A stretch of 64,000 bases of DNA, from positions 68,866 to 132,865 of the forward strand of contig QCCD01000001.1 in the NCBI GenBank assembly GCA_003281405.1, read 5' to 3'. The DNA is from Prochlorococcus sp. AG-347-K16 (lineage in GTDB: Bacteria > Cyanobacteriota > Cyanobacteriia > PCC-6307 > Cyanobiaceae). Positions 18,770-27,375 of this stretch are shown in pieces. Position numbers and translations under genes: made by a program. Under the pieces are notes generated by a model. That model was not told the origin of the DNA. It saw nothing but the letters and a program-made list of their open reading frames with translations, and searched no databases. Position 1 is the first letter of the stretch; each line of letters starts with the position of its first letter.

Positions 18770-18907
18770 ATGAATTTATTAGCTTCTTTTGCTTTAGGTG
18801 GTTTCAATCCATGGGCAGCAGGCTTTGGAATTGGTTCTTTAGTGCTTTTTGGTCTTGTTGGTCTTGTAGCTGGTCCGAATCTAAAGAATTTTGACCCTGA
18901 TGCATAA
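18770..18907 (+). CDS. Small Gly-rich membrane protein, 45 aa
   Basis: ATG at 18770 inside track ORF 18701..18907: MNLLASFALGGFNPWAAGFGIGSLVLFGLVGLVAGPNLKNFDPDA*; followed by a terminator. Confidence 0.65.
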   Translation: MNLLASFALGGFNPWAAGFGIGSLVLFGLVGLVAGPNLKNFDPDA

Positions 18908-18931
18908 ATCATCATATTTAAAATTGATTTT

Positions 18932-18956
18932 AAAAGACTCATTTGAGTCTTTTTTT
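18932..18956 (+). terminator. Intrinsic terminator
   Basis: AAAAGACTC-ATTT-GAGTCTTTTTTT hairpin with U-tract. Confidence 0.75.
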
Positions 18957-19012
18957 ATGCGGTTTTTAAAATTTATTTTTAAAATGGATTTAAATTATAT
19001 TCCGCCAAAGAA

Positions 19013-19282
19013 ATGTTGTTAAATCCTTTTTATCCACTTAATTTTTTGAAAATCTCATCTCTTAAAGCTACTATTGTTTTTTTATCAATACTTTTAATTA
19101 AATCAAATTTGCTTAGATTAAAAGGGGGACTAATAGGAGGTCTTTTTGCCTTGATACTCATATTGGGGATTTTTGCTTCTAGTACCATAGCCTTAGGATC
19201 TTTAGTTTATGCCTATCGGTTAAAGAAGGAATCTAATTCTGATGATAATCAAATGCAGGATTTAGAAACTGTTAATGTTTAA
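19013..19282 (+). CDS. Hypothetical membrane protein
   Basis: 89-aa hydrophobic ORF; start uncertain. Confidence 0.5.
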   Translation: MLLNPFYPLNFLKISSLKATIVFLSILLIKSNLLRLKGGLIGGLFALILILGIFASSTIALGSLVYAYRLKKESNSDDNQMQDLETVNV

Positions 19283-19314
19283 GATAATTTGTGAATCAAA
19301 TTCAGTTGAATAAC

Positions 19315-19431
19315 CTAAAATGGTGTTCCAGGTACAAAATGTAAGACTAAAAATCCAAAACCGGCAGCAAAAACTATTGATACTGCGATGATTAGGAGGC
19401 CAGATGCCATACCCCCTTCGTTAAACGCCAT
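19315..19431 (-). CDS. Small membrane protein, 38 aa
   Basis: Read by hand: MAFNEGGMASGLLIIAVSIVFAAGFGFLVLHFVPGTPF*; higher GC than its flanks. Confidence 0.65.
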   Translation of the reverse strand: MAFNEGGMASGLLIIAVSIVFAAGFGFLVLHFVPGTPF

Positions 19432-19453
19432 TTAATTAATTATTTTTAAATTA

Positions 19454-19494
19454 ATAATAGAACATATTTGTTCCCAGTTAGTAGTTTTAATTAC
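19454..19494 (-). promoter_or_regulatory. Putative NtcA-activated promoter (GTA-N8-TAC, 21 nt, TAttaT)
   Basis: GTAGTTTTAATTAC at 19481-19494; on the minus strand a -10 TATTAT lies 21 nt downstream, ahead of the 38-aa ORF. Confidence 0.45.
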
Positions 19495-19501
19495 TCATAT
19501 T

Positions 19502-19681
19502 TCATCCAAATCTATTATTAATGGTGAATAAAAGTAAAAAGATGGAAGTTAATGAGATAATAAAACCAAAAATTATTAATGGTTTAGATTTGACGTTTTC
19601 TTCTTTATTAAGCTTATTTTTTGAAGAAGGAAAATTTCTATCTTTTTTTTTATAAATAAGATTGGGAAAAGGTTTAATCAC
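19502..19681 (-). CDS. Small membrane protein, 59 aa
   Basis: Read by hand: GTG start, MIKPFPNLIYKKKIEIFLLQKNKLNKEENVKSKPLIIFGFIISLTSIFLLLFTINNRFG*. Confidence 0.5.
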   Translation of the reverse strand: MIKPFPNLIYKKKDRNFPSSKNKLNKEENVKSKPLIIFGFIISLTSIFLLLFTINNRFG

Positions 19682-19704
19682 GATAAATTTTAGATTTAAG
19701 CTAA

Positions 19705-20022
19705 TTATCCTAAAGTTTTGAACAAATCTTTATGGTAATCAACAATATTTTGACAACTTATTACAGGTGTAAATTCCATATGAATGCCAAATTTGGCTCT
19801 CCATGGAGCAAAATGCTCGAAAATCTCTTTATCACTCTCTGCCTTACATAAACATACTACTCTACCTTCCCCTGGAGCATGAACTCTAAATAACATCTCA
19901 AATTTATCTGTTTTATCTGATTTCGCAATTTCACCGTTTTCCCAAGCTTCTACAAATAATTGATAAGCTTTCACTTGATTCTCGATATCTGGGAATTGGC
20001 AGTCAGCAAGAAATAATTGCAT
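19705..20022 (-). CDS. DUF3303 family protein
   Basis: FEMLFRVHAPGEGRVVCLCKAESDKEIFEHFAPWRAKFG...TPV. Confidence 0.85.
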   Translation of the reverse strand: MQLFLADCQFPDIENQVKAYQLFVEAWENGEIAKSDKTDKFEMLFRVHAPGEGRVVCLCKAESDKEIFEHFAPWRAKFGIHMEFTPVISCQNIVDYHKDLFKTLG

Positions 20023-20113
20023 TGGAGTATTTTAATGTTTTACACATTATCCCTCAAATACTTATTTATTATTGGGACTGTTTGAATTTGAAGATCAGAA
20101 AAAGAATATTTTC

Positions 20114-20263
20114 CTAAATAAAGTGAGAAGAGAGAGTCTCGAGGAATTTCCCAATATCTTTTTTATATAAACTATCTGTGATTTTTAAAGAGAATAATTC
20201 ATAATCATTTATATCTTGTTTTTTATTAAAGTTAATATTTCCCTTTAACGAAATATTTTTCAT
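20114..20263 (-). CDS. Small hypothetical protein, 49 aa
   Basis: Read by hand: MKNISLKGNINFNKKQDINDYELFSLKITDSLYKKDIGKFLETLSSHFI*. Confidence 0.5.
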   Translation of the reverse strand: MKNISLKGNINFNKKQDINDYELFSLKITDSLYKKDIGKFLETLSSHFI

Positions 20264-20373
20264 TATTTTATTGATCACTATTTAAAAGTTAATCAAATAT
20301 AAGTAAAAGACAAATTTCTTTACATTATGTTTTTTATGAGATTAATTTACATGACTAATAATAATCGATTTAT

Positions 20374-20697
20374 TTAAAAGTTAATTAATTTTCTTAGGAT
20401 ATACAAGAAAGAATTAGTTAAAGAAAAAATTACAGTTAATAGAGATGCAATAACGGGTAATAAATTGAACCACAATTGCGAAGTTGTCATTTTTGAATCA
20501 ATAGGCAGAAAATTGGTTCTTTTTTTAATTCTTATTTGCAACCAAAAAATAGATAATGGATAAATAATTCTTGAGAAAGTAATTATAAATGAAGGTAAAA
20601 TACCTTGATTTGAATAAAGTATAAATCCTGAAAAAAAGTATAACGCCCAAATTAGAACCCTTTGAATCAGAATTAATCCCTTGCTTTTACCGAACAT
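20374..20697 (-). CDS. Hypothetical membrane protein
   Basis: 107 aa, three hydrophobic segments. Confidence 0.7.
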   Translation of the reverse strand: MFGKSKGLILIQRVLIWALYFFSGFILYSNQGILPSFIITFSRIIYPLSIFWLQIRIKKRTNFLPIDSKMTTSQLWFNLLPVIASLLTVIFSLTNSFLYILRKLINF

Positions 20698-20699
20698 TA

Positions 20700-21176
20700 T
20701 TAATTAATTTTTATAATTTTTGTCATTTTATATCTTTCAAAAAAAATATTATTTATCATGACTTTTTCTTTACGTATAATTTTCCATCCATTTTTAAGAA
20801 ATAATTTATAACTTATTAAGCTCGCTTCAGTATAAAGAGAGTCTGAACCTTCTTTTTTTGCTTCATCTTCTAATTTATAAAGTAACTTAGAGCCGTAGCC
20901 TTTTCTTTGGAATTTACCTTTACAATAAAATAGCGCAATTCTATCGGTGGGATATCTTGTGGCAAATGCAATAATAATTCCTTGTTTACTTATAAGCCAT
21001 CCTTTTCCTTTAATTATTGACTTATCAAAATTTGGGTTATTCCAAGCTTGGCTTGACCAAGCTCTTTTTTGTTCTTGACAATAAATTTTTTCATCTAAAG
21101 ATTGAATTGAATCAAAATAAACCTTCTTTAATTCCAGTTGATCTTTAATAGTAATTTGTCTTAAATTCATATACAA
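20700..21176 (-). CDS. GNAT family N-acetyltransferase
   Basis: FQRKGYGSKLL acetyl-CoA motif; TEASLIS..LFLKNGW. Confidence 0.9.
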   Translation of the reverse strand: MYMNLRQITIKDQLELKKVYFDSIQSLDEKIYCQEQKRAWSSQAWNNPNFDKSIIKGKGWLISKQGIIIAFATRYPTDRIALFYCKGKFQRKGYGSKLLYKLEDEAKKEGSDSLYTEASLISYKLFLKNGWKIIRKEKVMINNIFFERYKMTKIIKIN

Positions 21177-21190
21177 ATCTATTATTTAAT

Positions 21191-21871
21191 ATGTTTAGTA
21201 AAAATATAGTCGCAATTGGAGGAGGAGGGTTTGGACGTTCATTAGGCTCTCTTGAAATTGAAAAATATATAGTTTCTTTAAGTAATAAAAAAAGACCTAA
21301 AATTTGCTTTATTCCAACAGCATCTGGCGATAGTAGTTTGTACAAACTAAATTTTTATAGAGCATTTTCTAAACTTGATTGCATAACAAGCCATATTGAT
21401 TTATTCTCTAGAACAGAAAACTTAGAAGAGAAAGTTTTAACTCAAGACATCATTTATGTTGGAGGAGGAAATACAAAAAGTATGTTAGCTGTTTGGAAAG
21501 AATGGTATTTAGATAAAATTTTGCGAGATGCTTATGAAAAAGGAATTGTAATGAGTGGTGTAAGTGCTGGAGCTATTTGTTGGTTTGATAAAGGTATAAC
21601 TGATTCTTATGCTGAAGAATTAGCCATTATTGATTGCTTAGGTTTAGTTGAAGGTATCGCCTGCCCGCATTTCGATGAAGAGAAAGAAAGGGAACCTTAC
21701 GTTAATAATGTTATTCAGAGAAAAATTATTGAATCTTGTATATGTATTGAGGGCAATTGTGCCTTGCATATTAAAAATGATTTTGACTATTCCTCAATTG
21801 ATTTTGGTAATGGTCGAAACTGCTTTAGAGTTACAAGGGAAAATAATATTGTAAAGAAAGAAATTCTTTGA
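21191..21871 (+). CDS. Peptidase E (S51 family)
   Basis: FIPTASGD, IYVGGGNT, GVSAGAICWF and PHF motifs. Confidence 0.92.
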   Translation: MFSKNIVAIGGGGFGRSLGSLEIEKYIVSLSNKKRPKICFIPTASGDSSLYKLNFYRAFSKLDCITSHIDLFSRTENLEEKVLTQDIIYVGGGNTKSMLAVWKEWYLDKILRDAYEKGIVMSGVSAGAICWFDKGITDSYAEELAIIDCLGLVEGIACPHFDEEKEREPYVNNVIQRKIIESCICIEGNCALHIKNDFDYSSIDFGNGRNCFRVTRENNIVKKEIL

Positions 21872-21894
21872 AAAGAAAATATTTTTAATATAAT

Positions 21895-22299
21895 TTAGAT
21901 CTCATCATTCTTGGAGATAGAAGTAAATTCAATCCCTTTGTATTTTACGAAAGAGGCAGTCCATACTTCTTTTGAGAGATTACCAAGGTATTTTAGAAAC
22001 TGTGGTGTATCTCCATCTCTTATCCATTCAGATTTAATGAATGGAAGCTCTTTCTGCATTCTTTTAGGATGCATATGAACAAGGAGCAAACCTTTTTCTT
22101 CAGAACTCCTCTTTAAAGCCCCTTCATCACTTCTTTGAAACACTCTCATTAGAAGATTTAAAATTATCTCTTCTCCAAGTTTCTTGAAATTTTCTGATTC
22201 CTCTAAATTATTTTTAATTTCTTTACCTCCAAGAGGCATTGCCCTAACTAAGTTTTGTTCTATTAAAGCTATTGCAATTAGATAATTTTGGCTAGCCAT
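21895..22299 (-). CDS. Conserved hypothetical protein
   Basis: 134-aa ORF (RAMPLGGKE...RVFQRSDEG). Confidence 0.8.
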   Translation of the reverse strand: MASQNYLIAIALIEQNLVRAMPLGGKEIKNNLEESENFKKLGEEIILNLLMRVFQRSDEGALKRSSEEKGLLLVHMHPKRMQKELPFIKSEWIRDGDTPQFLKYLGNLSKEVWTASFVKYKGIEFTSISKNDEI

Positions 22300-22409
22300 A
22301 TTCTAAAATAATACTTTTTTGTTATTCTAACCCCTCGAGTTCATCAAAATCTTTCATGGATTAAATATCTGAGATAAGAAGAAAGGAAATAATTTATTAA
22401 TTATTTTCC

Positions 22410-22423
22410 AGTACAATTGAACT
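22410..22423. promoter_or_regulatory. Candidate cyanobacterial LexA box AGTACA-AT-TGAACT
   Basis: One mismatch from the AGTACA-N2-TGTACT palindrome; lies in a divergent intergenic region. Confidence 0.45.
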
Positions 22424-22468
22424 ATTGTTTTTTTATTTTTAATATTAAAATCAAAAATTTTATTTGTT

Positions 22469-22702
22469 ATGAGGTTTTTCTTCTTTTTATTTTTCGGGAT
22501 TTTTGTAGGTCTTTATTTATCATGGCCCGGTTTAGTAATACCAGAAAATTGGAGATGTTTTAATCAAATTATTGCAAAATCTGCAGAAGATAAAATTTCT
22601 TTAAAAGCTGCATTGGAGATTTCACCCAGTTATTTTCTAAAGGCTAAGAATAAAAAGACGACTTCCAAAATAAGAATCGTAGCAGATGCCTGTTTTCGTT
22701 AA
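22469..22702 (+). CDS. Hypothetical membrane-anchored protein with two Cys
   Basis: 77 aa; N-terminal TM, WRCF...ADACFR. Confidence 0.7.
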   Translation: MRFFFFLFFGIFVGLYLSWPGLVIPENWRCFNQIIAKSAEDKISLKAALEISPSYFLKAKNKKTTSKIRIVADACFR

Positions 22703-22734
22703 TATGTTGAGTGATTAAGTATGACTACTAAATA

Positions 22735-23538
22735 ATGAATAATAACATAAGATTTGAATTATCATTTAAAAATATTTCTCAGTTACACAATAAACTTAAT
22801 TTCTGCAGATTAAATAATATAAAAAATATCAATATTCCATGTAAAGGACTTATAAAGAAGGATTTATTTAATTCAACTATTAAATATATATCTAAAAACT
22901 ATAATGAATTTAATGTGACCTATCACTATAGTCTTTATCATCAATATTCAAAAAATAAAGAAAAATCGTATAAGGATTTTTTAGATTTTGTTAAAAGATC
23001 TCAGACTAATAAAAATTATGAAATTCTTCTTGTGTCTGGATCAAATAAGAGAAAAAACTTTAACTCAGTTGATGTATTAGCTTATTTAAAAAATGAAAAA
23101 AATATAAAAGTTAAATTAGGTATAGCTTACAATCCATATTTGAAAAAATATTATAATATTTCTTCAGAAAGAGAAAGGTTCGAAAGAAAAATTTCGACTG
23201 GATTAATAAATTCAATTTGGTTTCAGTATGGTACAGATATTAAAGTTCTTCACAATGAGGTGACTTATCTTAAAAACGTAGCAAAAGAAGAAAAATTTAA
23301 TTTATTTGGAAGTTTATTTATTCCTTCTAAACAATTTATAGCACGGTTTAAATTTCGTCCTTGGAAAGAGGTCTATATATCTGAAAAGTGTTTATACGCG
23401 TTAGATAATTTTTTTGATTTCACAAACGATTTAGTTAGTTTTTACAAAAAAAATAATATTACACCTGTAATTGAATCTGATTTTTCATCAACAGAGAAAC
23501 TTGATTCTGTTTATGGTTTTTTAGAAAATGAAAGATAA
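22735..23538 (+). CDS. Divergent MTHFR-like (FAD-linked oxidoreductase fold) protein
   Basis: LLVSG, LGIAYNPY, ERERFERKISTG..SIWFQYGTD and GSLFIP recall MetF segments (AxNP, E...L.kK..aGA.f..TQ..fD). Confidence 0.55.
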   Translation: MNNNIRFELSFKNISQLHNKLNFCRLNNIKNINIPCKGLIKKDLFNSTIKYISKNYNEFNVTYHYSLYHQYSKNKEKSYKDFLDFVKRSQTNKNYEILLVSGSNKRKNFNSVDVLAYLKNEKNIKVKLGIAYNPYLKKYYNISSERERFERKISTGLINSIWFQYGTDIKVLHNEVTYLKNVAKEEKFNLFGSLFIPSKQFIARFKFRPWKEVYISEKCLYALDNFFDFTNDLVSFYKKNNITPVIESDFSSTEKLDSVYGFLENER

Positions 23539-23557
23539 TTTTATTCAATAGGTAATT

Positions 23558-24724
23558 ATGAAAGGTGATTGTAAATATGACTTAATAATAGTAGGTGGAG
23601 GAATATCTGCTTGTGTCTTCGCTTCGAAGTATCTTAAAAAAAATATTACAACAAAAATTGCATTAGTTGAAATTGGCCGTGGACTTGGAGGGAGATCAAG
23701 TACAAGAATAAGCAAAAGATTTAAAGGATGGAAACTAAACCATGGGGCTCCAAACTTTAATATATCTAACAGTAAAAATAATCTTCTATTAAAAAGTTAT
23801 ATTGATGAATTATTGGAAAATAAATTTATTAAAATTGACGACTCTGATAAATTTTTTCTAAATCAAGATTTAAATTTTGAGAAACAAAAAATATCACAAT
23901 TTTCTTGCGGGGTTAATTATCTATCATTAGATTCTATGAGTGAATTATCGCAAAAAATAATTGAGTCTAATAATTTAAAGGGGAAAATTGATTTTTACTT
24001 TGAAACTTTAATAGTTGATTTGAAGTTTAATTATGATGAGTGGATACTTACATCAAAAAATGGAGATAAATTTACATCTAAATATCTTATTTGTTCAACT
24101 AATTTATTGTTACATAAAAGGTCAATGAATATATTAAACATAAATCAAATTCCATTAAGAAAAGCTATTCCTTTAAATTATGATAAAAAAATAGATTTAC
24201 TATTAAATTTCTTAGAAGAACAAACATTTATTCCTAGGTTAACTTTTTTAATATATACAAATGAAAATTATAGTTATAAAGATTTTTATTCTAAAAAACA
24301 AAGGTATTTTTATTTAGAAAAAAATTTAGAAAAAAAATTTAGATTTGAAAGAATTATTTTTCAGCATCAAGATAATAATAGATTAGGTATTGTAATACAT
24401 TCAAAAAATATAGAGTTCATTAATTCTTTTTTAAATTCAAAAGATGAAGAAGTTTTTAAGCAAAAAATAATTGCGAATTTCAATAAACTCTTTGAAGGTA
24501 ATTCTGTAGTAAATAAATTAACTTTTGATGAAAAAATTTCTATCATGAAATGGAGAGCTTCTCAACCTTCTGGCATTGCCGTTCCATTATCTTTACAAGT
24601 TAGTAGAAAATATAGAATTGGATTTTGCGGAGACTGGTTTGAAGGTGACGGATTTGGCAGAATTGAAGGCTCAATATTAAGTGCTTTAATATTAGAAAAA
24701 AAAATTAATGATTTAATTAAATAA
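23558..24724 (+). CDS. NAD(P)/FAD-dependent oxidoreductase, renalase-like
   Basis: IVGGGISAC, E.GRGLGGRSSTR, NHGAPNF, KWRASQP, FCGDWFEG.G..RIEGSILSA. Confidence 0.85.
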   Translation: MKGDCKYDLIIVGGGISACVFASKYLKKNITTKIALVEIGRGLGGRSSTRISKRFKGWKLNHGAPNFNISNSKNNLLLKSYIDELLENKFIKIDDSDKFFLNQDLNFEKQKISQFSCGVNYLSLDSMSELSQKIIESNNLKGKIDFYFETLIVDLKFNYDEWILTSKNGDKFTSKYLICSTNLLLHKRSMNILNINQIPLRKAIPLNYDKKIDLLLNFLEEQTFIPRLTFLIYTNENYSYKDFYSKKQRYFYLEKNLEKKFRFERIIFQHQDNNRLGIVIHSKNIEFINSFLNSKDEEVFKQKIIANFNKLFEGNSVVNKLTFDEKISIMKWRASQPSGIAVPLSLQVSRKYRIGFCGDWFEGDGFGRIEGSILSALILEKKINDLIK

Positions 24725-25309
24725 TTTTTTCATAATGTTATCTATATCAGATTTTTTTTCAATAATTAATCTATTTGTATTATTTTTTATGCAATTGGGT
24801 TCCCATTTTTCGTAATAAATGTCCCAGGATTTTAAGAAATCATTTTCAGCTTGTTTTTTATCCTTTCCCCTTTCTTTCATATCCCTTTGAACAACTCTTT
24901 TCATGCACTCATTTTTTTTTGTTTTTATTTCTAAAAAATAATAATCTTTAATATTTATAGTGCTGCAGAATTCTTTGGCAAAAATACCTTCAACAATTAA
25001 AAAACTAATATTATTTGTTTTATTTAAGATATTTTGAACTATTTTCTTTTCGAAATTATAAAAACGATCGCGGACTGAAATTCCATTCTCATAAATAAAT
25101 TCAAAATCTTTTTTGAATAGTTTGTTATTAAAACTCATACTTTTATCAAAAAAACCTTCCACAAATTTTGATAGTAATTTACTTATTAACCCAGTCTTAT
25201 AATAGTTGTCGGTACTTAAAACAATACCATTTTTATTTTTTTTAATTATTTGATTTGATAAAGTTGTTTTACCACTTCCAGAAGGTCCACTTATAAAGAT
25301 AAGCTTCAT
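24713..25309 (-). CDS. Uridine-kinase-like P-loop kinase
   Basis: ISGPSGSGKTT, STDNYY, LIVEGIFA, RVVQRDMKERG. Confidence 0.8.
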   Translation of the reverse strand: MKLIFISGPSGSGKTTLSNQIIKKNKNGIVLSTDNYYKTGLISKLLSKFVEGFFDKSMSFNNKLFKKDFEFIYENGISVRDRFYNFEKKIVQNILNKTNNISFLIVEGIFAKEFCSTINIKDYYFLEIKTKKNECMKRVVQRDMKERGKDKKQAENDFLKSWDIYYEKWEPNCIKNNTNRLIIEKKSDIDNIMKKLFN

Positions 25310-25575
25310 TTTTATGATTTGCTCTTTATTAAGATTGTAACTTTACTAATAATAAATTTTTTAATTTTTGGAAGTATTTTTTTTTTTTATTATTAGACTA
25401 ATTTTAAACACCCTACAATGGCTCATAAGCTTGCATAAATTTTAAATCTGTGTCTTTATATAATTGTAAATAAATTATTTCTATTCAATTGACTTTTTTT
25501 ATTTTTAATTCCTCCTGGAATTTGATAATATATTAAAACGAATAGCTAATTTTATTACTTATATATTATATTGCA

Positions 25576-25926
25576 ATGATTTCTAAATTTCTAAGCAAAC
25601 TAAAATCAATTCTATTTAAAAGTGCAGCATCTACTGAAATTCCTTTGAAGAAAGAAAAAAAAGCACCTAAGTCTGCAAAAACTTCAAAAACCAAAACCAA
25701 AAGCAAAACCAAAACCAAAACCAAAACCAAAACCAAAGCTGTTGGTTCGAAGGAAAATATTGAAACTTTAAAGACACTTCCAGGCGTTGGAGCAAAAAGC
25801 GCAAAAGCTTTGTATGAGGCTGGATTTAAAACAACAAAGGCAGTCATTGCTGCTGATGAAAAAGATCTTCTTGCTGTATCAGGAGTTGGAATAAATCTTG
25901 TTAAGAAGCTTAAAAAGCTTAAATAG
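25576..25926 (+). CDS. Helix-hairpin-helix domain protein with (KT)n linker
   Basis: TLPGVGAKSA and VSGVGINL twin HhH motifs. Confidence 0.85.
   Translation: MISKFLSKLKSILFKSAASTEIPLKKEKKAPKSAKTSKTKTKSKTKTKTKTKTKAVGSKENIETLKTLPGVGAKSAKALYEAGFKTTKAVIAADEKDLLAVSGVGINLVKKLKKLK
25687..25737 (+). repeat. Hexamer microsatellite (AAAACC)n, 8 units with one AAAAGC variant
   Basis: Seen directly; encodes KTKTKSKTKTKTKTKTK in frame. Confidence 0.95.
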
Positions 25927-26002
25927 TTATATTTTTTTATTTGTAACTTTTTAAAAAGTAATAATATAAATGATTTGCTAAAACTTTATAAGTTTTAGCA
26001 AA

Positions 26003-26179
26003 TTACCTTCTTCTTGCTTTTCTTCTCTGTTGCAACTTTCTTTTGTATTTTTCAATAGGTGTTTCATGATGCCTAAGTCTTTTTAAATCTGCAAAAATTC
26101 CAGATTTAGATACTTGTCTCTTAAATCTTCTAAGGGCAGATTCAATTCCCTCGTTTTCTCCTACAGTAACTTGTGTCAA
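26003..26179 (-). CDS. rpsU: 30S ribosomal protein bS21
   Basis: Read by hand: TTG start, [58 protein letters not shown]. Confidence 0.97.
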
Positions 26180-26264
26180 AATTTTCTAAATAAAATTTAT
26201 TCTAGCATTTTAACAGATATATTTAAACTTAAAACTTGTACTTATAGGTTGATGGTTTATTTGG

Positions 26265-26723
26265 CTAATTTTCTGCCCACTCCACAAATCTTTTTTTATT
26301 ACTTTTTATATCTTGTAATGATTCAAAATAATATTTTTCCCAATTATCTTTAGGCAGTCCAAGAAATAACATTAGATTTAATGGGTATTGATTGCTATCA
26401 GAACAATTTCTAAAATCATCCCTGAATAAAAAGATTTCCTTTTTTAAAGCAATCGCGATACCTAATTCAACCATTACCCCTTCATCTGGTGGATTTCCAT
26501 TAACAATCGCAAAAATACAATCACATTCCTTTAAATCATGGAAATTACTCCTTGCAACGTCATATGCCCACTCACTTTCTTTTTCTATTAATGGTTTTAC
26601 TCTCTCAAAAGGTTCAAATACTTCTACATTTAAATCATTGAAGATTTTAATAAATTCATTTAAGAGGGTTTTAGTTTGCTTTGAAAATCCATATGGATTA
26701 GCCAAATATAATTTCTTTCTCAA
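26265..26723 (-). CDS. Nucleoside 2-deoxyribosyltransferase family
   Basis: LYLANPYGF, D...CDCIFA, DEGVMVELGIAIAL, NLML. Confidence 0.9.
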   Translation of the reverse strand: MRKKLYLANPYGFSKQTKTLLNEFIKIFNDLNVEVFEPFERVKPLIEKESEWAYDVARSNFHDLKECDCIFAIVNGNPPDEGVMVELGIAIALKKEIFLFRDDFRNCSDSNQYPLNLMLFLGLPKDNWEKYYFESLQDIKSNKKRFVEWAEN

Positions 26724-27115
26724 CTCAAACCTCTTTTTTTGATGTACTCTTCGCGGTCACTTTTTGAAGTTAAAGTATTTTCCCAAGGGAAAACTATCCA
26801 TTGGTTTTTTTTTGATATATGTACTGTATTCCACCATGTAGGTTTCATTTTACTAAATAATACAAAAAACATTGCTCCTTCAATATTCTTGAAAGTCTTC
26901 AATGTAATGCCTGTTTCATAAACATCATCTACTATTAGAGAATTCTTTATTGGTTTAGAAATTAATTTAATTTTTAATTTATGGCTCAGTGCTACAGCAA
27001 GACATAATCCACCTCGAGGAACTCCATATATACCAGAGAACTCCTTAAACTTACATTTATTAGCGATTTGTTCTACACTCCTATCGAATTCCCTCCAAGT
27101 AAAATAACTTATCAT
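26720..27115 (-). CDS. Small type I phosphoribosyltransferase (purine PRT-like)
   Basis: ATG at 27115; GVPRGGL and LIVDDVYETGITL PRPP loop, WIVFPWE; overlaps the NDT start by 4 nt. Confidence 0.9.
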   Translation of the reverse strand: MISYFTWREFDRSVEQIANKCKFKEFSGIYGVPRGGLCLAVALSHKLKIKLISKPIKNSLIVDDVYETGITLKTFKNIEGAMFFVLFSKMKPTWWNTVHISKKNQWIVFPWENTLTSKSDREEYIKKRGLS

Positions 27116-27116
27116 C

Positions 27117-27302
27117 TTAATTTTCGTTTTTTTCAGTTGTAGTAGCGTAATTTGAAGCAATTACACTTAAAAGTGCTACTACTTGCTCATTTGGACAATT
27201 AGTATTTTTTTTTAAATTTTCACATTCATTTATTATATTGGCATATGTATTCTCGACAATTCCGTTCATTTGATCGATGCTAAAAGAATATGGTTTATTC
27301 AT
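27117..27302 (-). CDS. Conserved hypothetical protein
   Basis: 61 aa; stop lies 1 nt from the PRT start. Confidence 0.75.
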   Translation of the reverse strand: MNKPYSFSIDQMNGIVENTYANIINECENLKKNTNCPNEQVVALLSVIASNYATTTEKNEN

Positions 27303-27375
27303 TTTTTAATTATTAGTTAATTTATTTTTACTTAAATATCTAACGAAGTAAATATTTATTTATCTTAAGATAAAA

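Noticed and set aside
18742-21854. Track ORFs 18742..18942, 21145..21345 and 21648..21854
   Set aside because: Overlap real genes antisense or out of frame, with no recognisable motifs.
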